From contig JBEWZL010000056.1 in NCBI GenBank assembly GCA_045837725.1, positions 434,001-498,000 on the forward strand: a DNA stretch of 64,000 bases, given 5' to 3'. Made by a program: the position numbers and the translations under genes. This DNA is from Vermamoeba vermiformis (lineage: Eukaryota). Below are positions 24,965-35,728 of the stretch, piece by piece; the stretch's first letter is position 1, and each line of letters starts with the position of its first letter. The notes below the pieces were generated by a model. It worked only from the letters and a program-made list of their open reading frames with translations. It was not told where the DNA came from and ran no database searches.

Positions 24965-26969
24965 TTATTTCCACAAGGCTTGTGAGTACGTGATCAAGGG
25001 CACAAAGATAATTCTCCAAGTGGGTCCTAATGTGTCAGCCAGGGCTTGAATGGTCATTTTGTTTTTGTTCGCGCGCAACGAGATACGGTAAAGATGACAG
25101 CTCAATTCTTTTAATAACAGTTGATTGGAGGCAGGCAACTTCGGTAGTAAGTTCTATCGGACAAAAGGATCACGTTAGTTATTTACATCGACAATCGCTG
25201 GAATTTTTTTACCTTCAAGGTGGCAATTTGCTCGTTCTCGGACAACTCTATAATAAGATTAATATTAGTACTATTAATGGAACATAATAGTAGGCGGGGC
25301 CTGTGTATTGTATATGAGATTGTACGTACTTGACACGTCCATAAAATTCTGTTTTAGGTCACCAAAGATGCTGTCGGGCACTGATTGCAAGTACGCGAAT
25401 ACGACACCACACGCATTGGCAACATCAGCTAGACCATCGTATTGAGGAATAGCACCTATATGTAATATTAATAATAAGTTACACGTATTGAACGGATTCA
25501 TACCCGAATTGAAGATGTATTTGAACTCTTTAATTTTTGCGACGGATCCGCTCTCTTTGTAAACATCTTCTTGGTCAATACCTATAATAAAGTTAATTCT
25601 AATGTATTGTTATTCGAGTATCGGCGTACCAATCCTCTCAATGAATTCAAAGCTGGCCTTTAATGGCAATGGCAACCCGTTGGATCGTCGAAAAGCTTCT
25701 TCGAGCGGTACTCCAAATAAAATTGTTTCTGGGAATAATCTAATAATTTATTGTTAGAATCTGCCTTTTCTTGGCTAAGTGTACTTAAATCGAAAAATTA
25801 AGTGCACGTAATTAGAAAATTTACTCGTTCGTGGTTTTCGGATCCAGCGATTAGGTCCGAGGAATTAATTCGAGCTTCAATATATCTATAGTATATATTA
25901 ATACGTACCCTTCAGATAGCACTTGACAAATGAACGGAATTGTGTTCGAGAATGAAGGTCCAAAACAAATGCCGAGATTATCGATCGTCATCTTGTTCTT
26001 GTCCGATTGCTCCGCAATTCTGCGAAAATAAGCACAAAATTAATACAACAAAATGTAAATGCTCGCTGAAGGAATTTTTACCTGAGTAACAATCTGCAGA
26101 GCATTTTGAACATTTCTCTGCTGCATAATGACAGGCTTTTTAAAGCACGAACCATTGCTTGTTTGTCACGAGAGTCTATTTAAATACATATTAATAAATT
26201 CGGTCAAATTCAAATTTAAAAAACAGATCCGATCTCCTTAAAAATTCGCGACAAGTATGGTTGGAGTTCAGGATATCTCTTGGCTTTGTATAATAATAAT
26301 ATGTAATTATAGGACGTACTTGCAGCAGCGGCAAATTGATCGTAGCTGTTGTCAAATAAAGACGAAGGACTTTGTTGCAAGAATTTAATCATTAGTGACG
26401 CGACTGTATCGATGTCTTTCAGCTCAAATGTGACTGGCTGGCCTATTATTAAAATTAAGAATTAAAAATAGCTCCAAGTTATAAACAATGAACCTCAAAT
26501 GTTCAACTGTAAGTAACAGTTAACCGATCTGAGCCATAAACGTTGTATAAAATGATGCTAAATATTATTGATTACCTCTATTATACATTTCAATGAATCT
26601 GTTCGTATCCATAAGCGAGCCAGGAATCTTGAAAAAGAAATTGAATCAATAAATAAAAATAAAATTTCAATTGTTAATTTAACCTACTCTAAATATGCCT
26701 TCTGAGTCGGTGCCTAAACAGTTTAAACAAATATTAAAAAAATTAATCTGAAATTTAAGTTTGAATTTAACGCCGAAAAATTTACCGTGTGCTTCCAAGT
26801 ACGAGATGCACTCGCGCCAAGGCCTAGGAATGATCCAATCAGGGTCTGACCTACGGGCAGCATCTTCAAAAGTAACGCCGTAGAGCATTTTATTCGGATC
26901 TAACGGTTCTGGTTGAGGCGCATTGTTGTTCTTTTTGTCTTTCTTGTCTTTTTTATCCTTTTTCTCCAT
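24965..26969 (-). CDS. Tandem RhoGAP-domain protein (multi-exon)
   Basis: Domain 1: YGVTFE...IPRPWRECISYLE, EGIFRIPGS, DKNKMTIDNLG. Domain 2: FGVPLE...LPLPLKASFEFIE, GIDQEDVYKESGS, NKNKMTIQALADTLG. Confidence 0.85.
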
Positions 26970-27501
26970 ATTTGATTTTAATATGTGGTTTTACTATGAA
27001 TTATATTACTAAGACTCAAACTTCGAGCGCAGTTACGTTAGCTGAAAAAATATGAAAAAAATTGAAATCTCCCATGAACAAGGCGCTTTTTCGTTTTTAT
27101 TATTTTGGTAGCACGCAACGTAGATCAATAACGAGAAACGTGCGAGTCATATAATTTTTCGCTGGTTATTGGCGTAGAGCAGATGTGGATCAGACAGTAA
27201 AAAAAGAAAGTAAAATACGAGTAAGCCTGCAGCAACAGATTAAAATAGCAAATATTGATATACTTAATTATTTGAAGCTTAAATTAAATTGATAATTTTA
27301 TTAATAAGCGAACTAAATTTGATCGCGATCTGCCATTTCGTGAAAATAGCTAAAACGCAATGGAAATCACTTAATTATTTCAAAAATATTATTCAAAGTG
27401 TTTATTCAACATATTCAGACCCTTTCCCCGATAGTAAACTTCGATCGAAAAAGTTTCGGTTACTAATTTTTCCGGATCTCAGACGAAAATCTGCTATTGA
27501 A

Positions 27502-29545
27502 ATGAAGTTAAACGATCAAATAACGCCACTGCCATGGGCCAAAGTTATACCAGTATATTTAACGCTACTGGCTGAAAGCATCAATGGGTACTCGATCTTC
27601 GCTTACGTTGGCTACATGGTCGCAGATCTGCTTCCAGAATTGCAAGACGATCTTAGAAAATTAGGGTAATATTATATATAAAGTTGCATATAATGTATAA
27701 GGTTATTAATAGAATATTATCAGATATTACGCTGGTTTACTTGGATCTTCCTTTTACGTCGGCCAATTTTTGAGCAGGTAAGGCTCAAAATTAATTAAAT
27801 TAAAATTAAAATTAATTACGTTTATATTAAGCTTCTTTTGGGGCAAAATGTCAGATAAATACGGACGACGGCCAATCATGCTGATCGGAACTTTTGGAAC
27901 GATGATTTCAACGGTCATTTTTGGATTTAGCAAATATTATTGGCTAGCAATTACAGCGAGATTTATCAGCGGCCTATTAAACGGTAATTATCGTATTAAT
28001 ATAATGAGACAGTGGATCTGTGTTGGAACTTGTGAGTTAATTGTTTTTGCCTTTTTAGGAAATATTGGTGTCGTGAAGACTTATCTCGGTGAAGTCACAG
28101 ATTCGACCAATCAGACGCGAGCATTTAGTTACTTTTCATTAACGAGTGGCATTGCTGGCATTAGTAAGTAAAAACTTTTAATTAAAGTACAAAAAAGTAC
28201 AAAACTAATTAAATTGCGTTAATATCATGATATTAATTAATTATATGATTTTAGCTGGTGCCCTTGCTGGCGGATATCTCGCTCGTCCCGCAGGTAAAAT
28301 AAAATTGATAAAATGTGATTTTTTCAATAATTAACCCGATAATTTTTAGTTCAATATCCCGATGCATTTGCAGCTACTGGCATATTCGGAGAATTTCCTT
28401 ATTTGTTAGTGAACAGCTTGACAGGCTTCTGCCTATTTGTCGCGCTTGTTTTGACCTATTTTTATCTCACCGAAAATCCACGCAATAATTTCACGGCATT
28501 GAACAACCTCGAAAATGGCGATAATAGCTTGGAAATGAGTACGGACACAAATGACGAATCAGATTCGATTTATTCGATGAAATCTCTCAGCAAGAGTTTC
28601 GAGGAAGATGATCTGGTAGTCTCAAATTACTATAATCAACAGTCTTGGCCTAAAAAGACGTTGACGAAGATCAAAAAAGCATTTTACAACACTTTTTTGA
28701 AGCCTACGACAGACAAAGACTGGTCCATACTTCGCGATCACGTGGCTTCGTTGGCATGCTGGGTCTATGCCTTATTAGGCTGGATCTTTATTATGCTCGA
28801 TGAAATCTTCCCAGTATGGAGTATAAACAAGACCGAGGACGGGGGGTTGAATTTTCTCACGAAGGACATTGGCACGGTCAGCGCAATTGGTGGGGTCGCG
28901 ATAGTCATCATACAACTGTTCATTTATCACCGTGTGGCCAACAAAATCGGCTTGAAGAACACATTGACCTTCGGATTGTTAGTCACTATTCCGACGTTCT
29001 TTGCGTTCCCGTTCTTGAACTACATCAGATCTAATACCGTGTTGTTTTGGATCTGCATGGGCCTAGTTTACATCGTCAGAAATCTCTGTGGACAGCTGAC
29101 TTTCACTGCGATTATACAAATGATCAATAATAGTGTTTATCCTGAGCATATGGGTGCTACTAACGGACTCGGTAAGTATTACCTATTAAAATTTTTTTGC
29201 CTCAAAATCGCGGATCCACAAACGAAATTTTTCACGAGGAATTTAATTTATTGTTTGGTACCTACGCCTAATAACTTAAATATTACAGGTCAAAGCTTAG
29301 TAGCGTTTTTCCGTATGATTGGTCCGACTATCGGAGGAAGTTTGACATCGTGGAGTTTGCAGCTCAGCATTCCGTGGCACGTTAATCATTTTATTCCATT
29401 TTTGGTGCTGATGGTATTGTTGTTCGGTTTGTACGTGTTGACCGTGGCTAAATTGCCCGCACGATTGAACAAACCGAAACAAGAACAAGATCTGCGAGAA
29501 GCACTCAACGAATTGAATTTCATTGCGTCATCTGAGGAGAATTAA
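27502..29545 (+). CDS. MFS transporter, ZIFL/TCR-like (multi-exon)
   Basis: TPLPWAKV, SIFAYVGYMV, WGKMSDKYGRRP, GLLNG-NIGVVKTYLGEVTD and MGATNGLG-QSLVAFFRMIGP. Confidence 0.88.
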
Positions 29546-29744
29546 TCACCTCAATGAACTTCTTGGAAATTTTCAGCTATTTTGAAAGCGAATAAACTGT
29601 ACATAGTCAAATTAATCAAAGTAAGTCCTGAAACTGACATTTCAAGAGGTTGACGGCAGTATACGCCCTGTGATGACGAAATGAAGTTTATTGACTAACA
29701 ATGAAAGCTTAGGCTTATCAAAAGCTCTACAAGGCTATGATAAG

Positions 29745-30471
29745 TTAGAGAAACAAGTACGCTAATAAATATGAAAAGCTCGCTACTAGAACAGTTCCGG
29801 AAGATTGCGCGTTCGAAGAACCAACAGTGGCGGGCAATAAGTTAGCAGGAACAGCAATGGGGCCTTCAGTGCCAGGGTTGGAAGCGGTAGGAGTTACTTG
29901 AGTTGAAGGGGTAGTTGTGGTGGTAGGAGCTCCGCCAGCCAGTACGCAATCTGAAAAAAATTAGAAATAATTTCTACGAATTTTTAAATCGCATTCAACT
30001 CACCGACGCCAGCAGGAGAGGCAACAACGTAGCCTTGTTGGCACCTACAATTAATTTGGTTTAAGTACGAGCAATTCTTTCAAAAGTATGAAATGGGACT
30101 AAGGTCGTACTTGCAGCCACAGCAGCCGAGACCACCGTCGCATTCTTCGCCAGTGACTACCTTTCCATCGCCGCAAACTAAAGTCCGAAAGTTATTTTTG
30201 GCTCTGCGATCCGACGTTTTGCGATCGTTTTTCGAAAAGACGACTTACTGGGCTCGCACGAGTTTGAGACTGGGAAAGTTGATCTCCAACCATCAAGACA
30301 TAAGCAATCACCTGCTTGGCAACCAGTGTATCCTTTCTCGCATTGGAATCGACCTGGTTCGCACCCTACATCCGCTGTCAAAATGGTTCTATCTCACGAT
30401 TGTTACGTACAAGCACTGGTATAAGCGACGAAGAATAATTGAAGGGCAATGAGGACTAAGAGACCGCGCAT
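29745..30471 (-). CDS. Small cysteine-rich, probably GPI-anchored surface protein (multi-exon)
   Basis: Signal peptide MRGLLVLIALQLFFVAYTSA, EGF-like Cys segment, CGDGKVVTGEECDGG repeat, Thr/Pro stalk and hydrophobic tail VLVASFSYLLAYLFL. Confidence 0.7.
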
Positions 30472-30756
30472 TGTGACTTACTAAGAGTTTTTGTTTTGTT
30501 TTGTGTAGTTTGAGTTTGTTAATGAAATGAGGCACCAGCGACGTTGCTTTTAAGCCTTGGAAGTCATGTGGTGCCTTGATATCATTGCGCAGGCATGACT
30601 TTTCCTCGATAAACTCAAAGCTTTTCCGCACTAGGTAATTTTTTGAACAGATTGCTGAAATTTCTAACGATCGGCTAAAAGTGCCAAGATCAGTTTCGGA
30701 ACTTGTCCGAACACCACAATACTGCTATGCTACTGTATATCCGAGAGTAACAGTTA

Positions 30757-31788
30757 TGTATCATTTGGTCTCTACTGTGCGACGCGCCGGATCAGCAATA
30801 ACAGGTAAGTTCGATCGAGTTAATAACATTCGTGCAAACGCGCCCGAAAAATATTAGGCGAAATGTTTCGGCAAATATTAAATTTAAGGCGGCACTTTTG
30901 ATTCGTTTTGTGTCGCTAGATGTTTTTCCTGATTTTTCGTAAATTTTTCTAATTTATTCTAGTTTACCCTGTCTTGTCTAAGAAATACCACGGCAGTTGC
31001 AAATTGCGATCACAAAATCCAAGCTTTGATGACAAAAATTATTGGGATCATAGATACGCCAAGTAATAATATTCAGTGTTTGGATCGAATCATTGCTGAC
31101 TTACAATCGCAGGGAAAGTGACGTCACCGAGTGGTATTCGGCAGATTATACCAGTTTCAAGCATATTTGGAAGAAATTAGTGCCGAAGAAAGCGCAGATC
31201 TTGCATGTCGGATGCGGCAATTCCGGTTGGTACCGAAGTTTTGATTATAACGATTGCTAACTTGGAGAATAGTTGTCCCTCAGCAAATGCACGACGATGG
31301 GTATTTAAACGTGATGAGCATAGACTATTCAAGTGTTGTCATTGACCAAATGAACAAAAAATATTCAGCATCGCATCCGGATCTAAAATGTAAGCCTGAT
31401 AATTCCAAAAGTAATTCGTATATTAAATGACTACTTAGTTGGAGTCATGGACGCATTAGAGTTACAAGAAATTTCGAACGCGTCAGTGGATGTCGTGTTT
31501 GACAAGGGGATGTTGGATTCGATTCTCGCTGGCACAACAGTAATGAATGACAATACGCTGCAAGATATAGAAACTAAAGCTAGAAAGTATAGCGAAGCTA
31601 TTTATCGGGTCTTAAAACCAAATGGGTTCCTATTTTTAATGACCTTCTGTCACGAATCGGATGTGTTTCCAAAATTCGATATTAAAATCAACAAATCTCC
31701 GCGAGTTAATCAAAATGAGCGATGGAGTGCTACAAAAATCTCCGAAAAAGGAAAAGTTCCGTTAATTTTTAAAATCAATAAACGATAA
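30757..31788 (+). CDS. Class I SAM-dependent methyltransferase, EEF1AKMT4/METTL13-like (start uncertain)
   Basis: FDDKNYWDHRY, EWY, ILHVGCGNS, IDYSSVVIDQM, DVVFDKGMLDSI and IYRVLKPNG. Confidence 0.8.
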
Positions 31789-31846
31789 AAATTTCATCGT
31801 CAAAGATGTTTCAGAATTTAGTTCAGTAATGTTTAAACGGTAGCAA

Positions 31847-34800
31847 ATGCGGCCACAAGTCATATTATTCGCGTTGCTATTTGCTGCCGTGCTCGCTTGT
31901 GCACATGGACAAGTCAAAGTCAAGTTCAGAGTGTTAGATGGGACTCCAAGCGCAACGAGCGTCGCATCTAAACTCTTAAGCGATTATAACAATGGATTAA
32001 TTAATAGCAAATTTGCATATGAAGTGCTCAGCTTAACAATGGACTTGCAGCAAGGAGCGTATCCGTACCCTCCACGACCAAGAGTTGCTAGCAGCGCATC
32101 TGGAAATTTTCCAGGCTTACTTGCAGTCTGCTCGCTGTTTTATTTCATGACCAGATCAAAATACAGCAGTTTTTGGTTATTTGTTGGCTTGATGCTTTGC
32201 AATCACTTGTCTTCAGCTTTGATCGGAAGTTATTCAAATTGCAAATTATTAAACGACGAAATTCAATATTGTTAACCGGGCTCAAATCCCCCCGTAAACC
32301 GTTTTATAAAACTGTTCAAATTAAATTTAAGTTTTGATTTTATGCAATTGTTTAATTTCCGAAGCGATTTAGAACTTTTTAATTTATTTTGTTGAAAGAA
32401 TTCGATAAATTAAAAATTTTAATAATAATTAAACATTTTAATTAATCAATACTGGCGGTGCGATGCATTGCCCTCGCCCGTTAGCAATAGTAATATCACA
32501 CGTATTTAGGGAAGTATATAATATTTATTTAACGTTGCAATACAAATATACAGTACGATCAGCGGGACAGCTGTTGTGCACTTGTGAGTGTCAGTAGCGG
32601 TGGTAGGTTCACTTACCCAAGGCGCCGTGTATCGTGTGGTTTTGTGGCTTACTTCGTGATTAAACTTTGAAAAATGAACGGAAAAGATTCTGCGGTGACG
32701 TCAAGCTCCTTCCAAATATGGTCAAAATGGCCAAATTCATAGGAAATTCTTGTCCGAAAACTAGAATGACCAATCGTTAGCGAGCTTTGATTCGTTGTCA
32801 CCGCAAGTCATGTTTTTCATTGTCAAAGTCAGCACAAGCCACGTAGCCACACGACGCACTGCACTTGGGTAAGTTTATCGCTAATGACACACGAGCAAGC
32901 AGAGCAACCAGCCGCCTTGAACTGTCGTACTGTGCATTGTAATTGCAACGCTAAATAAAATTACGTTCACTAAATACTAGTGTCTTATTCACTGAAGCCA
33001 CGTGCCGAACGTGACCGCGAGCACCGCTGGTATCAATTAATTAAAATGTTTAATTATTATTAACATTTTAAATTTACAAATTCTTTCAATAAAATGTAGA
33101 AATCGAAGTTCTAAATCGCTTCGCAAATTAAACATTTGAATAAAATTAAAACTTTAATTTAATTTGAACAGTTTTATAAAACAGTTTACGGGGGGATTTG
33201 AGCCCGGTTAACAATATAAATTACATTGGACTATTAAGTAAGTATTTATAAATATAATATGATGCGTCTTTAAGTTGATTTAATTGCTGTAATTTATTGA
33301 CACGAAATTATTTATGCTTTGTTTTGATTTTATTTAATGCTGCTGCTCTGTATTAATTATTAATATTTAGCGATGGATATATTGAAGGTGCTATTGAGGC
33401 TAACGTAGTTGGCTGGATCGGTTTTGGATTCTCTGCTAACGGTTACATGGATAGCGTAAGCATATTTAACGTCCCATATGCATTTAAAACAATAATATGT
33501 CATAACATAAAAGATCTTCGTAATCTAAGAATATCTACATTGCAAGGCACGAATCATTTATTTTTCCGAGCGCTGATCTTGCTAACAAAATCAATCGTTT
33601 AATTTAACAAATCTGCTAATACTATTATACAGGGAGGTGAAGCGCCTGGCTCTGACATATTGATGGGCTATTTAGACCCCAACTCGACTGAGTGCGCTGA
33701 CGGCTGCGTGACAGATTATCATACATTGCAGTACGCGATGCCGATCAAAGACGACGTGCAAAACGTTGACAAAGTGGCTGTAACATTAAGTATGCTATAT
33801 ACCAATAGTTTACAATATCATACCGAAATTTTGATTCAATATTTCAATTTTGGATCTGCTTAGGAGGAACTTCGAGAAAACTTCGATACTAATTTTTGGT
33901 TATAAATAGCTACTGGTCATTTATCCGTAGAATTCCGCAAGCCATTGAACAGCTTTGATACGACGCAAGATCGAGTCATTGACATCAATGCACAGACATT
34001 TATTTTGTGGTCCGCGAATCATCACACCACGCCGAAGAGTCCGACTTCGTTCTCCAAACACACCATTCAAGCGACTCCACCAATCTCCATCAAGTTCTCA
34101 GAGCCATGTAAGTGACACCTGTCATCCATTTTGACACTTGCAAGTCGTGCTAAATGCTTCCTTGTTGCAGCTACATGCGTCGAAGACACGACCGGAGCGG
34201 TGGACGGTGTCATCGAAATCAACACCTCGTTGAAGAATTTTTCAGAGGCAGCGTTTGTAGAGTCTATGGCTAATATTATGGGCATCGATTCTAACCGCGT
34301 CGTCGTTGTCGAAGTCGATGGTACGTGCCACCTAAAATTAACACTTTCCATAAAAGGAAATAGGACTCATCCTTCCATTTAAAAGATGTTTCACCGCCAT
34401 TCTGCCCCGAATGCTCTACTATCGAACTCTTAGCTAGCAATTATTCGATCCCTGCTTCTTCTACGTACTACATGTGCCGCGGATTTGAAGTAAACGTGAC
34501 TAACGATCAAATCATCAAAATTGAACCAATGAAAGATAACACTCTCATTCTCCATCATATGGTACGTCATTGACAAGGTGAATATATTAATGTCCTAATC
34601 AATTGCATCAGCTCTTGTTCTACTCGAGTCAGCCCGTCTCGCTGAACAACTGGACCGCGTGCTTTAGCATGCCTTATAATGCGATGCCAATCTACGGCTG
34701 GGCTCCAGGAGGTGACAGTTTAATCATGCCCGACAACGTTGGCATTACCGTAGATAATGCAAAGCGATACTTTGTTATTCAATGTACGTACATGACACGA

Positions 34801-35573
34801 GATCCGATCCAGAACTAACCTCTATTTTTAGATCACTATTCCAACCCGCAGAGCTTAGAGGGTCTTACTGATAATAGCGGTTTCAAAATATATACCACAA
34901 AGGACTCGCGTCAATATCAAGCTGGTTTGTTCGTGCTAGGATTGCCGCCAGATCAAACACTTCAGATCCCGCCAAACGAGACTGATTGGCATCAACTCGG
35001 TACATGCCCCGAACAATACACTCAATTAATTCAAAATTTCTCGCCGTTGGGAAAGCTGATCGTTTTTGCAACTGGTTTGCACGCACATTATTTAGGCAGA
35101 CAGATCTGGACCTCGCACTACAGAAACGAAACCTTCCTTGGTTATCTCGGCAAAAACGAGTACTATAGCTTCGTAAGTACATATCTATACATCCAGTGCG
35201 TATTTATCTAACAAATATACAAAGAACAATCAACGCTTTGTTGACTTGCAGACTGAGATCTTGCCCGGAGATCGATTAGTCACGCATTGTGTATGGGACT
35301 CGACAGGACGCGAGACAATAACTTCTGGTGGCGAGGGCACTCAGGATGAAATGTAAGTCTAAGTTTAACGTGGATGTGGTGGTTCTGATCTCTTTTTGTT
35401 CTAGGTGCTTAAACGCAGTTTTGTACTATCCTAGCGGTAAGATTAATAATTAATTTGATTGTTACGCCAAGCTAATACTGTTGTTTGTAGTACCTGCGCC
35501 AGGTTGTTACGTTAACCACAGCCCCGGTGAGCGTTGTACATTCCCTTGTTCCGAACTTGATTTTCAATATTAA
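31847..35573 (+). CDS. DOMON plus copper type II ascorbate-dependent monooxygenase (DBH/MOXD1-like), interrupted by an insertion in exon 1; possibly a disrupted allele
   Basis: DOMON motifs YKLHWTINDGYIEGAIEANVVGWIGFGFS and GSDILMG. Copper-ligand motifs ILHHM, FVIQYHY, GLHAHYLGR and QDEMC. The frame is broken at 32270-33213 and restored when the insertion is removed. Confidence 0.8.
32270..33213. mobile_element. Non-autonomous foldback/TIR DNA transposon (MITE-like), 944 bp
   Basis: Left end TGTTAACCGGGCTCAAATCCCCCCGTAAACCG matches the reverse complement of the right end with 1 mismatch in the first ~58 bp. Similarity is high for ~190 bp and patchy further in. Flanked by ATAT at 32266-32269 and 33214-33217. 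No long ORF. Confidence 0.9.
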
Positions 35574-35728
35574 ATTGTAGTGTTTTGTTGATAAGAAATT
35601 GTTATGCCGAAACAGTGCAACGAAATCTATCAATATCAGTAATAATAGTATTTCAATAGTTTTATTTATTTAATAGCTATACAAGTTTGAGTTTTGATTT
35701 AAATCAAGTACACTAACTCTAACAAACA

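Noticed and set aside
32271-33202. Element removed as a simple intron using its terminal GT and the last AG
   Set aside because: That splice gives TCC CGG TTA ACA ATA TAA, which is out of frame, so a clean introner model is not supported.
32272-33211. piggyBac reading of the insertion (TTAA|CCGGG...CCCGG|TTAA)
   Set aside because: Excision at TTAA leaves CAA TAT TGT TAA, an in-frame stop. Only the ATAT (or TA) boundary restores EIQYKLHW.
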